Source of the DNA: a virus
Lineage: Duplodnaviria > Caudoviricetes
IMG/VR virus record: IMGVR_UViG_3300021519_000013
Span: 1-53,708 of that record
Length of the DNA stretch: 53,708 nt
Strand: one strand, 5' to 3'
Position 1 is the first letter of the stretch, and the number at the start of each line of letters is the position of its first letter. A program made the translations under genes and the position numbers. Shown here piece by piece: positions 34,233-44,379 of this stretch. The notes below the pieces were generated by a model that saw only the letters and a list, made by a program, of their open reading frames with translations, searched no databases and was not told the DNA's origin.

Positions 34233-36736
34233 TATATTCTTCCCACTACTACTTCAATTAGTTTAGTTTCATCACTATTTATTTTCTCTAGACTCTTGCC
34301 TATTACACATCCTGGCTCGTACAGTGACTTAACAAGTTTTTGTGCAACGCCCGCATACTCACTGGCTGCTAATAAGTCACCTTTATCAACTGGGCCTTTA
34401 ACCATGCAGGGAACACGCCCTGTCAATGCAATGGGATAACCAGGTGAGGCGCTATTCATTAAGTAAGCTGGCTGTGTTGAAACAACTCCAGCTACCCTAG
34501 TATCATGTGATTGATTAGCAATAGTAATTTCTTTAAAGCCACCAAATACAACAACATCGCCGGGTGTTAGCTCACAATCAGCTTCATAATTTTCCGCCAA
34601 GTCAGCGTACTTTGCAGTTGTTGATGTACCGCTGAAAGTTACTGCATAAACTGTAGCCCAGTTGGCAGTTGTTGTTCCCAAATTATAAGTGTTATTGGCA
34701 TATGGCGTAAGTGAACTGTTAACATTGCCTGACACCGTTAAATTACCAGTTACTGTCAAGTTACCCATTGAGTTAGGTGTACTGACGATATCAAGCCAAA
34801 AACTACTTGTGCCATCGTTTGCTCTAATATAGAGAATGTCAGTTGAAGTGTTATACCACTCATCACCTAGTTTTGGACTTGAAGGCGCAGTGCCGCTTGC
34901 AGTATATGTTGTACCAGTACTTGACCAAGCTGTACCGTTAGCCCAGTAAACTCCGTTTGTAACATATAATCCACTGGCAGCAGTATTTGCAAGAGTTGTT
35001 TGACCATTAGTGGAAACATTACCAGATAAAGTAATAGCTGTTGCGTTAGCTATTGTAGATATTCTAAGGCCGCCAGTGGTAGTAGCCCATGGTGCTATAA
35101 CTAAGTTTGCATTTCCCTGACTGGCTCCCTGATGTCCAAGTAGTATATCTCCAGAACTTACTAAAGGATTATATGAGCCTGGGCCTGTATTACCAGTAAA
35201 CCAAACATTATTTGTGCCGCCCGTAATTGATAATGCTTTATTAAGGTATACCGATGATGCTAAATCAGTAATTGAAAGAATAGGATTAGCGTTTGCAGTA
35301 ACAGATAATGTAGTAAAAGCACCAGTATTAGCAGTATTAGCACCTATAGGCCCTGTATAATAGCCTGTCATTTGGCCACCGTATAATGTAGTATAACTGT
35401 TGGCTGTACTTGCTCCACTTACAGTTAATGAGGTAAACGCACCTGTATTAGCAACATTAGCGCCTATTGCACCAGTATGATAACCAAAAATTTGTCCGCC
35501 ACTATAGATATCGCCCACAATACCTGCGCCGCCAGACACACGCAATGCGCCTGTCGCAGTACTAGTTGATGCTGTACTGTTGGCGGCTACAAATTCACCA
35601 GTTTTGATAGTTCCATAAGTGCCACTGACAAACACGTTTGAGGAATTTTCAGATCCAGTTGTATAATATTCCATAAATCCACTGGAATTTACACGACCAA
35701 GAAATGACAGATTATCTCCACCAGCCAATGTACTATCAAAGTAATGTAATTTAAATCCAATATCTCTACCATCATTAACAGTCCATACTGCTAAGTTTGG
35801 ATATGTATGCAAGTTAATAACGCTGTCATTAACTGTCAAGTCTGTTGAACCAATAGTGGTACTTAACCCTTGTACTGCTAAGTTACCAACAACAGTTAAA
35901 TTACCGCCGATAAATGTATTCTTGCCTACTCCCAATCCACCTGTAATAACTAATGCACCAATACTTGAAGAAGTGGAATCTGTTGCATTAGTTATAGTAG
36001 TCAAGCCGCTTGATGTTAATGTTGTGAAAGCACCAGTATTTGCTGTGGTATTACCTATAGTTCCATTCATTGCACCATTTACAGAACCATTATATCCTGT
36101 TGTGGCAGTTAATGTTGTAAATGTACCAGTATTAGCAGTAGTTGCACCAACTGTGCCATTAAATGGACCACTTAATGCTCCCTGTATACCACCAGAACCA
36201 TATATAACTCCAGTTGCAGCAATTGTACTTGATGTCGTTAATGTTGTAAATGCACCTGTGTTAGCAGTAGTAGCACCAATTGTGCCATTCACTGGTCCAT
36301 TGACTGCGCCATTAAACCCACTGGTTGCTGTTAATGTGGTAAACACACCAGTGTTGGCATTGTTGGCTCCAACTGTTCCATTATGAGCACCACTGGTGTT
36401 GCCTTGATATCCAGTAGTTGCCGTTAATGTCGTAAAGACACCAGTATTAGCAGTAGTAGCGCCAACAGTTCCATTAAATGGACCATTCAATGATCCGTTA
36501 ACAGTATTGGCATTGATGGAACCACTTACACCCATACCTCCCACAACTATCAATGCACCATTTGTAGAATCAGAAGAGGCGGCGCCGCTGTTTGCTATTA
36601 TATTACCATTAAAAATTTCAGGATAACCGCCGGTGCTGGTAATACTACCCGACGTAATTAAATTACCTGTTGCTGCATCAATTGTCAACGGACCAACTGT
36701 AAGGCCGTTCTGTACTATAAAATTACTATTTGCCAT
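34232..36736 (-). CDS. Repeat-rich fibre/structural protein with C-terminal autoproteolytic chaperone-like domain
   Basis: GATTANTG.FTTL repeats; YADLAENY...GVVST.PAYLMN...GRVPC.V.G...GD.L. Confidence 0.75.
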   Translation of the reverse strand: MANSNFIVQNGLTVGPLTIDAATGNLITSGSITSTGGYPEIFNGNIIANSGAASSDSTNGALIVVGGMGVSGSINANTVNGSLNGPFNGTVGATTANTGVFTTLTATTGYQGNTSGAHNGTVGANNANTGVFTTLTATSGFNGAVNGPVNGTIGATTANTGAFTTLTTSSTIAATGVIYGSGGIQGALSGPFNGTVGATTANTGTFTTLTATTGYNGSVNGAMNGTIGNTTANTGAFTTLTSSGLTTITNATDSTSSSIGALVITGGLGVGKNTFIGGNLTVVGNLAVQGLSTTIGSTDLTVNDSVINLHTYPNLAVWTVNDGRDIGFKLHYFDSTLAGGDNLSFLGRVNSSGFMEYYTTGSENSSNVFVSGTYGTIKTGEFVAANSTASTSTATGALRVSGGAGIVGDIYSGGQIFGYHTGAIGANVANTGAFTSLTVSGASTANSYTTLYGGQMTGYYTGPIGANTANTGAFTTLSVTANANPILSITDLASSVYLNKALSITGGTNNVWFTGNTGPGSYNPLVSSGDILLGHQGASQGNANLVIAPWATTTGGLRISTIANATAITLSGNVSTNGQTTLANTAASGLYVTNGVYWANGTAWSSTGTTYTASGTAPSSPKLGDEWYNTSTDILYIRANDGTSSFWLDIVSTPNSMGNLTVTGNLTVSGNVNSSLTPYANNTYNLGTTTANWATVYAVTFSGTSTTAKYADLAENYEADCELTPGDVVVFGGFKEITIANQSHDTRVAGVVSTQPAYLMNSASPGYPIALTGRVPCMVKGPVDKGDLLAASEYAGVAQKLVKSLYEPGCVIGKSLEKINSDETKLIEVVVGRI

Positions 36737-36760
36737 AGTTCCATATTCCCTTGTGGCGTT

Positions 36761-39700
36761 TTATATTGCGTTATAAATTTGTTGTACACTTGCATAGCTA
36801 GTAGTACTTGAACTATTTGCCTGTAAGAGTACGTTTGATCCTGATATCACTGCTCCATATGTAACAAAAATACTTCCACTTGTACTTACAATTCCGTAAG
36901 TTGCTGCTGTGGCTGTAGTTCCATTATGTACAACCAACACTTCCGCTGTTTGATATTTTGCTCCTGCAAAGTCACTTATAGTCACAATATATTTTGCACT
37001 ACGGAACTTTGTTTTGCTGAATGTGTCCACAGTTGTAAGTGTATTCTGTGTTAAACTTGTATTGGAATTAAATGAGGTTATACCACCGCTGAAATATGTG
37101 CTGGTATTTGCAACCCATACATTACTACCTTGAACTGTTGCGTAAATTGATGGTTGAGAGTTAGCCACCGTGACTTCCGTTGTACCATCTGCTATTGAAG
37201 TTACCGATACTGTAGTAACAATAGTTCTGATATCAATATACGCAGATCCAGCAGGTGGTGATGTAAATGTTAATATTTTGCCTGACACACTGTATGCAAC
37301 ACTTGGAAGTTGTACCAAGCCATTGACTGAAACAATTACACCACTAGTTGTAGTATTTTGACTTAGTGTAAAGTTAGTCTGAGATCCATTTCCAACAAAC
37401 TCATCGGCTGTTATAACTGTGAATACTGCGCCGCCTGAATTCCAATTCGCGCCGTCCCAATATTCCATAAAGTTAGTGCTACTGTTGAAACGTAACATTC
37501 CTTTTTGTTCTTGCCCAACTGGCGGACGAGAGCCAGTTAACCCAACTGGAATCATTATTGAGTCCGTTGCATTTACTTGGAAGGATGTATAATTTGGAAT
37601 CAAATCAGGTGAAATTTTAACACCAACTTGTCCGGTTGCACCATTAGTTACCAGTAGATTGTTATATCCACTGCCATTAACAATTAAATTAGCAACAACA
37701 CCGTTGCCATTTACTACTAAGTTTCCATTAGCAGCTGGATTAATACTGATGTTTGCATTAGCATAAGCATTGATAACATTAGTTCTTGCAACTGGACTAT
37801 TAACACTAGTAGTTCCGTTTACATTAGGTGAGGTAAGATTACCCGCAAATGTACCAGTTGATCCTGAATAGATGTTTCCACCAATGTTGGCAGATTTAGC
37901 AATAGCAATGCCACCTGTTGCAATAACGCTACCATAGGTTGAACTAGATGCATCAGTAGAATTAGCAAAATATACACCACTGTTAATAGTTGCAACACCA
38001 GTTGGATTACCTATGTTTAATGAGTTTGCAGCGCCTGCAAAGTTTAAAGTTGTTGCAAACGTATTAAACAAATCCTGTGTTATCTGAGAGCCAACAACAA
38101 CTGGATTATTAAGTGTTAATGTTCCAGCAGTATTTCCCAATGATATCGCTGATGCATTTGCAAACGCACTAATAGTTGTTGGAGTATTGAACAGACTTGC
38201 ATTTGCAGTACTGGCAATTATATTACCGTTACCGAATAAATTTATACCATTACCAACATTTAATGTTCCGGTTATTGCAGCGCCACCATTGGAAATAAAT
38301 GCACCAGTTGTTAACCCTGCAGAAGCAGTTGAACGCATTGCGTATAATGTACCAGTTGAAGATATAGTAACTGCCGGAGGACCGGTTACAACTGATCCAA
38401 TAGCATTAACATATATGGATACATTTGTTCCTTGAGCAGTATCAGTAAAGTTTTCAGCAGCAATTACTCGCATACCACTTGAAGAAAAAGCATTACCATA
38501 TGTAAATCCAGTGGCGCCATAACCTCTGCCACTGAATGTTACAATATCATCATCTTTTTGCAGTGCAGATGGCGCACTGGGCGTTCCTCTAGATGCTCTA
38601 CCAACATAGTTGCTGGCAGAATTAGTACCAAAAGAGTCAATGCTAATTGAAGTAGATTTGTTGGTTGAGCCAGATATATGAAGAGTTGCATTGGAAAATA
38701 ATGGGGCATCTGTATTATAATTTAATGTTAATAAGTTATCAGCAGAAGCCTGTATTGATCCTTGACCAATTAACAAATTTCCTTGAATATTATGTAAACT
38801 TGTATTATATGTTCCAATATTTAAATTACCACTTGCGCCGATACCACCTCTAACTACCAATGCACCTGTTGAAATACCAGTTGATGCTGTTCCACTATTA
38901 GCAAATATATTACCACTTGCCACAACTGTTGTAAATGCAGCAGTATTTGCAACATTAGCACCAATTGGCCCTGTATGATACCCAGTTAACTGCCCACCAC
39001 TGACAGTTGTTACTGTCGTGAATACACCAGTGTTTGGAGTTGCAGCACCAATAGTTCCATTGAATGGACCATCCAGTGGGCCTTGCACACCATTTACTGC
39101 ATAAATTGTACCAGTTGAATTAATTGTACTTGATGTTGTTATTGTGGTAAACGCACCTGTGCTAGTTGTAGTTGCACCAACAGTCCCGTTAAACGCACCA
39201 TTTATAATACCACCAACATTTAAATTACCAACAACGCCAGCTCCGCCGGCTACTGTTAATGCACCAGTTGTGGTAGTTGTTGATGGTTTATTATTAGCCA
39301 CAGTGAGTGTACCAAGTTTCAATCCATCATATATTAAATTAGCACTTGAGAAGTTAACTGATCCAGCAGCCGGTTCAGTATCAATATTACTGAAAAGATA
39401 CCAGACATTATCTACATGGTTACGTATAAATCCACTGTGCCCATAGACATTAGCAGCACCAGTAAACATGTGACTGTAAAAGCCAATTTCGTAATTATAA
39501 TTTGCAGGATTACTTGCATTCAAGTAAATTAATGGATCATTAATTCCTAAAATTGTGCTGACTTGTGATGTAATATTACCGTAGATATTTCCACCAACCC
39601 ACAAGTCCTTTTGTATACTGGCGCCGCCATTGGTTATTTGTAAAGCGCCTGATGACATACTTGTAGCATTGGTAGCATCATTAATAGTAAGAGTAGTGAA

Positions 39701-41467
39701 TGTACCAACATTAGGAGTAGAGGCACCAACAGTTCCATTATGCGCACCGCTGATATTGCCTTGATAACCAGTTGTTGCTGTTAATGTTGTAAATGTACCA
39801 GTATTAGCAGTAGTTGCACCTACAGTGCCGTTGTGTGCGCCATTTGTTGCACCACTGTATCCTGATGTTGCTGTTAGTGTTGTGAATACACCTGTGTTTG
39901 CAGTGTTAGCGCCAATTGGTCCATTAAAATACGCAATAACATTACCAGCGACATGAAGTGCTGCTTGTGCGTCATCATTTAAATTAATACCAAGTCCTCT
40001 AGTAGTCCATGACCCATACTGCGCACCAGACCAACCCCAAGTAAATTTACCACCGGTCTGTATTGCAAATCCCATATTACCAGCAGGAGTTAAATTTCTA
40101 ATTACTGTTACAGTTCCGGTCTGATAAATGTCAGCATTGCCATCGTTTGCTGATCGTAATAATAGACCAGCATTATATCCACTAGTTGGATGATATATTT
40201 TTAAGTAATCAGTTGTGCTATCGCGCAGGTTTACATCAAGTTTAAATTCTGGACTACTTGTTCCAATGCCAACATTACCGGCAGAGGTAGACAAATAAGT
40301 GTTATTTGTTGAAGTCAGCGTTGTAAAGGTACCAGCAGATGCTGTACCGTTACCAATAATACCATTTATACCACCACTTACATATACATTTCCAGTGACA
40401 CCCAGTCCACCGGCAACAGTAAGAGCACCAGTTGAACTAGCAGTACTTGTTGTGGTTGATGTAATTCTAGTGTTGCCTGAAGAATTATAAAGAAGTATTG
40501 ATCCTGACTCAGTTAAATTAGTTAATCTTAGATCAGCAGTGGCGCCAGTTTTTATTCCAACATAAGATGATGTTGCTTGTATAATGCCGAAACTATTACC
40601 CAAAGTTACAATATCACCAGTGACACCAGTTGCCAATGATAATGCACCTGTTGTTGATAGCGTGGTAAATGCACCTGTATTGGCAGTAGTTGCACCAATT
40701 GTACCATTCATTGCACCATTAACTGCGCCTTGATATCCAGTGGTAGCAGTTAATGTTGTGAACACGCCGGTGTTGGCAGTAGTAGCACCAACAGTTCCAT
40801 TGAATGGCCCATTAAGAGGACCATTATGTGTACCAGTTATAGTAGCACCTGTGTTACCAATATTAAGTGCATTAATTGTTGCGGCTGTTAATGTGCCTGC
40901 AAAGTTAGCAGTACCAGTTGCATTGAGTGTAGTAACTACAGCAGAATTTGGAGTATTTGCACCAATGACTGTATTATCCAAATAACCATTTGTTATTCTT
41001 GCATTGCCACTTATTAAATTAGTAATTGTACTTGTAGTTGATGTTATGTTATTAAACAATCCACCATAGGCATGAACATTAGCATAACCTGCATTGGGCA
41101 CTGTGCCATAATAACTTTCTGCAGTGGTGGCGCTAGTATAAATGAAAGCAAATTCTTTATTGCTTTCGTTCCATAACATTGCAGTATTTGTTTGATTGCC
41201 TCTACCCAGTATTAATCCAACATCATATGTGTTGGAACCACTGAAGTTTCTATTTAGGATAATTGTGGGATCAGAACTTACAACACTTATAGTATCTAAA
41301 CTTGATGTGTTTCCATAGACAAATAGATTGCTTACAGTTAAGTTGCCAGTATATGTAATGGCGGGCGCAAAAAGTCCACCTGTTATAGAACCAGGTACAA
41401 TTTTAGCTGATGCATTGATATCACTATTGTAGACCTGGTTATTTCGAATTCTTGTAAGTGCAGCCAT
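36761..41467 (-). CDS. Large repeat-rich virion structural/fibre protein
   Basis: About 1568 aa, T/G/N/A-rich, GAL.V.GG.G and GATTANTG repeats; TAAATA upstream. Confidence 0.75.
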   Translation of the reverse strand: MAALTRIRNNQVYNSDINASAKIVPGSITGGLFAPAITYTGNLTVSNLFVYGNTSSLDTISVVSSDPTIILNRNFSGSNTYDVGLILGRGNQTNTAMLWNESNKEFAFIYTSATTAESYYGTVPNAGYANVHAYGGLFNNITSTTSTITNLISGNARITNGYLDNTVIGANTPNSAVVTTLNATGTANFAGTLTAATINALNIGNTGATITGTHNGPLNGPFNGTVGATTANTGVFTTLTATTGYQGAVNGAMNGTIGATTANTGAFTTLSTTGALSLATGVTGDIVTLGNSFGIIQATSSYVGIKTGATADLRLTNLTESGSILLYNSSGNTRITSTTTSTASSTGALTVAGGLGVTGNVYVSGGINGIIGNGTASAGTFTTLTSTNNTYLSTSAGNVGIGTSSPEFKLDVNLRDSTTDYLKIYHPTSGYNAGLLLRSANDGNADIYQTGTVTVIRNLTPAGNMGFAIQTGGKFTWGWSGAQYGSWTTRGLGINLNDDAQAALHVAGNVIAYFNGPIGANTANTGVFTTLTATSGYSGATNGAHNGTVGATTANTGTFTTLTATTGYQGNISGAHNGTVGASTPNVGTFTTLTINDATNATSMSSGALQITNGGASIQKDLWVGGNIYGNITSQVSTILGINDPLIYLNASNPANYNYEIGFYSHMFTGAANVYGHSGFIRNHVDNVWYLFSNIDTEPAAGSVNFSSANLIYDGLKLGTLTVANNKPSTTTTTGALTVAGGAGVVGNLNVGGIINGAFNGTVGATTTSTGAFTTITTSSTINSTGTIYAVNGVQGPLDGPFNGTIGAATPNTGVFTTVTTVSGGQLTGYHTGPIGANVANTAAFTTVVASGNIFANSGTASTGISTGALVVRGGIGASGNLNIGTYNTSLHNIQGNLLIGQGSIQASADNLLTLNYNTDAPLFSNATLHISGSTNKSTSISIDSFGTNSASNYVGRASRGTPSAPSALQKDDDIVTFSGRGYGATGFTYGNAFSSSGMRVIAAENFTDTAQGTNVSIYVNAIGSVVTGPPAVTISSTGTLYAMRSTASAGLTTGAFISNGGAAITGTLNVGNGINLFGNGNIIASTANASLFNTPTTISAFANASAISLGNTAGTLTLNNPVVVGSQITQDLFNTFATTLNFAGAANSLNIGNPTGVATINSGVYFANSTDASSSTYGSVIATGGIAIAKSANIGGNIYSGSTGTFAGNLTSPNVNGTTSVNSPVARTNVINAYANANISINPAANGNLVVNGNGVVANLIVNGSGYNNLLVTNGATGQVGVKISPDLIPNYTSFQVNATDSIMIPVGLTGSRPPVGQEQKGMLRFNSSTNFMEYWDGANWNSGGAVFTVITADEFVGNGSQTNFTLSQNTTTSGVIVSVNGLVQLPSVAYSVSGKILTFTSPPAGSAYIDIRTIVTTVSVTSIADGTTEVTVANSQPSIYATVQGSNVWVANTSTYFSGGITSFNSNTSLTQNTLTTVDTFSKTKFRSAKYIVTISDFAGAKYQTAEVLVVHNGTTATAATYGIVSTSGSIFVTYGAVISGSNVLLQANSSSTTSYASVQQIYNAI

Positions 41468-41525
41468 TAACACACTACCCCAATTTTATCATAGTATTTA
41501 TTTGGGTTTTGTGTATTCCAATTAC

Positions 41526-43373
41526 TTACTTTGATTTCAAAATTTCAATTTCAGATTTCAACTCTTTGATTGCCTCAATCAACAATGGAATTATTCTCTC
41601 ATACTTGACCGTCAAATAGTTTGCATCAACTGGAGCCGGACCAACAACTTCCGGAAGAACATTTTGTATTTCCTGTGCAGATACGCCAACTTCACGTTTA
41701 GTTGCATACCCCAATTCATTTGCTACAGAATTTGCTTCATAATAGAAACCGTTTAACTGTCCTACCTTATCCAATGCATTTTCAATATTGCCAATACGAG
41801 TCTTTAGTCTATCGTCTGAATAGTATGCTGTAATGTCACCTGTAAACAAGCCGCCGCCTGACACATAGAAATTAGCACCATCATATGTTAAGCCCGCGCC
41901 ACTTGTTAAAGTACTACCTGCACCAAAATATGCGATTCTAGTATTTGTTCCGGTAATAAGTGAATTATCAACCGTGGCCCAAGTCAGTACCCCAGAACCA
42001 TTGGTCTTTAAGAACTGTCCATTGGTACCACCAGTTAGTGTTAGGTTTGTTTGTGCGCCAAGATTTGTTGCACCGGAAACAGTTAATGCTGACAATGTAC
42101 CAACACTGTTGATATACGGTTGAGCATTAGTAGTTAATGTTCCACCTATAGTAGAAGCACTCATTACGCCAGCAACTGTTAATCCAGTCAATGTGCCAAC
42201 ACTTGTAATATTTGGCTGTGCAGCTGTCTGCAATGTGCCAGTTAACAATGTTCCAGTGTTACCAATAGTTGCACCAGTAATACTGGAATTGGAAACAATA
42301 TTTGCAGCTCTTACTTGGCCAACAAAGTTATTAAATGTTCCACCTGTATTAATATTTCCACCGATACCAACACCACCAAATGGCACTCTTAAGGCACCGG
42401 TTGTTGTACCTGTACTGCCTTCAGTAGCGGAAACAACTAAATTTAGTAATGGGTTAGAGAAGTTCAAGTTACCACTGATAGTAAGATCGTAGTTTGCTAC
42501 GAGATTACCGTTGGGATATATGTCAACTGCATTGATAGTTGCGCCTGCACCTGACTTCACTCTGAAGTTCATTACGCCGCCAGTTGTCTGACTGCTTACA
42601 ACACTGTTTGCACCAATAATTGACAAGTTTAAGTTATTTGCAGTACCAACATTCAAGCCAGCATTATTAAGAACATTTAGATTACCTGTCAAACTTGTAG
42701 TAATAACATCATTACGCATGAACTGACTTGCAGCGATACCTGTTAATGTAGCACTATCATTTGCCTGTCCATAAAATTTAGCATTGGATAGAAAACTTGT
42801 ATTTGCAATGTTTAATCCAGGATAAACTGTCTGGAATCCAGGAATTGGAGTCTTGGGCACAAACGCTGCACTTGCTGACAAGATAGCATATTTGTAATTG
42901 CCAATAGTCATGCTTAGAACGGCTCTGCCAGTGTCTCCAGAATCAATAATTGTTTCAGACGCTACACCTGCTGCTCCGCCAATTGGACCAATGAGCTTGT
43001 AGGTAGCTCCATCAAATCCATATAGCTGTCCACCGCCACTAGCAGTATTCCACCATAAATCACCAATATTACTTGTTACTGTATCAGGTGCAGTGCTGCC
43101 TGTTGTAGTTGAACCAACATTCTTCCAAATAGTACCAGTCCAAATCTGAAGTGTATTACTTGTGGTGTTCCACCATAATTCGCCAATTACTGGTGCTGTT
43201 GGAGGAGTACTCCACGCACTATTTTCCAATAATGTTAGAAAATTTTGTCCAAGTATTGAGCCATAATTAGGGTAGTTTTTACCCACCAGGATAACTGAAG
43301 TTTGTGTATTAATCTGCCCGTCAGGGATTACAATTGGATTCTGTCCATTTGTGTGGGTAATAGTATATGCCAT
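41526..43373 (-). CDS. Tail fibre/baseplate protein with S74 chaperone
   Basis: LVGKNY..YG...NF..LLEN N-terminus; ITAYYSDDRLK C-terminus. Confidence 0.8.
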   Translation of the reverse strand: MAYTITHTNGQNPIVIPDGQINTQTSVILVGKNYPNYGSILGQNFLTLLENSAWSTPPTAPVIGELWWNTTSNTLQIWTGTIWKNVGSTTTGSTAPDTVTSNIGDLWWNTASGGGQLYGFDGATYKLIGPIGGAAGVASETIIDSGDTGRAVLSMTIGNYKYAILSASAAFVPKTPIPGFQTVYPGLNIANTSFLSNAKFYGQANDSATLTGIAASQFMRNDVITTSLTGNLNVLNNAGLNVGTANNLNLSIIGANSVVSSQTTGGVMNFRVKSGAGATINAVDIYPNGNLVANYDLTISGNLNFSNPLLNLVVSATEGSTGTTTGALRVPFGGVGIGGNINTGGTFNNFVGQVRAANIVSNSSITGATIGNTGTLLTGTLQTAAQPNITSVGTLTGLTVAGVMSASTIGGTLTTNAQPYINSVGTLSALTVSGATNLGAQTNLTLTGGTNGQFLKTNGSGVLTWATVDNSLITGTNTRIAYFGAGSTLTSGAGLTYDGANFYVSGGGLFTGDITAYYSDDRLKTRIGNIENALDKVGQLNGFYYEANSVANELGYATKREVGVSAQEIQNVLPEVVGPAPVDANYLTVKYERIIPLLIEAIKELKSEIEILKSK

Positions 43374-43445
43374 CTCTCAAAAGCTCCTACACTTTATTTA
43401 GCGGTTTACGCTGTATGATTATTTTGTATAATCGGTTGTTATTTG

Positions 43446-44378
43446 TTATCCAGCAAGGGATCCTCTAGTTCCAGTTGCTAACCAAGTAATTAAACTGCTG
43501 CCTTGAACTGCTACACCAGCACTGCCGACGCCGCCACCTCCCCATCCAAATACTCCTGACGGCGCTTCAGCATCGCCACCATCATAGCCTTGATAGCCGC
43601 CGCCGCCTGATGACCCAGGAGCACCGCCAGCTCCACCATTTCCCCAGGGATCAGCACGATAAAATGAGCCGCCATAAGCTGACCCAGCAGCACCCCCACC
43701 GCCACCTCCGGTCAATGAAGCAGTGCTGCCAGCTGACCCCGTAGTACGATAACCACTTATACCACTGCCTCCCGTGCCATTAGGAGCGCCACCACCACCA
43801 CCACCAGCGCCATACGCACGGTTTGATAAGGTTATTTCTACACCCATACCGCCTGAGCCACCACCGCCACCGCCACCATAAATGGTGCCATTGTTCCTAA
43901 AGGAAAGGGCATAGTTAGTGAAAAATGCAGGACCGCCGTTGCCACCAGTGCTGCCAGTACCAGTAGTTGAATTACCACCAGCACCACCACATCCATATAT
44001 AAGACCATTGTTTGTAATACTAATTACAGAGCTTGCAGGTATACTGGATACGTTAAATCCGTAAGTTCCGGTGGAAGTAGAATAAACATAAACGCCACTG
44101 TTAATAGTTATAGTTGCATTTACTTTAAGTGTACCGTTCCAACCGGCGGCAACCATGTCATTATATAAGTTATAATTTGTTGTATTGGCTGCTATAGTTT
44201 TATTAAAGGTAAATGTATTTGCTTTTGAATGTCCTGTATTAAGATCTATAGCACCTGATGCAGTAGCAAATAAAGTTCTAACAATTGCATCGTTCATTGA
44301 AATGGTTGTTGTACCTGTGAGACCCAACTCAACATTAATATCATACATACTGATAGCGCCAGAGGCGGGTAACGGCAT
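43446..44378 (-). CDS. Glycine-rich adhesin-like protein (gp38-like)
   Basis: PASGAISM.DINVE N-terminus; ITNNG.IYG.GG.GG, NNGTIYGGGGGG. Confidence 0.65.
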   Translation of the reverse strand: MPLPASGAISMYDINVELGLTGTTTISMNDAIVRTLFATASGAIDLNTGHSKANTFTFNKTIAANTTNYNLYNDMVAAGWNGTLKVNATITINSGVYVYSTSTGTYGFNVSSIPASSVISITNNGLIYGCGGAGGNSTTGTGSTGGNGGPAFFTNYALSFRNNGTIYGGGGGGGSGGMGVEITLSNRAYGAGGGGGGAPNGTGGSGISGYRTTGSAGSTASLTGGGGGGAAGSAYGGSFYRADPWGNGGAGGAPGSSGGGGYQGYDGGDAEAPSGVFGWGGGGVGSAGVAVQGSSLITWLATGTRGSLAG

Positions 44379-44379
44379 A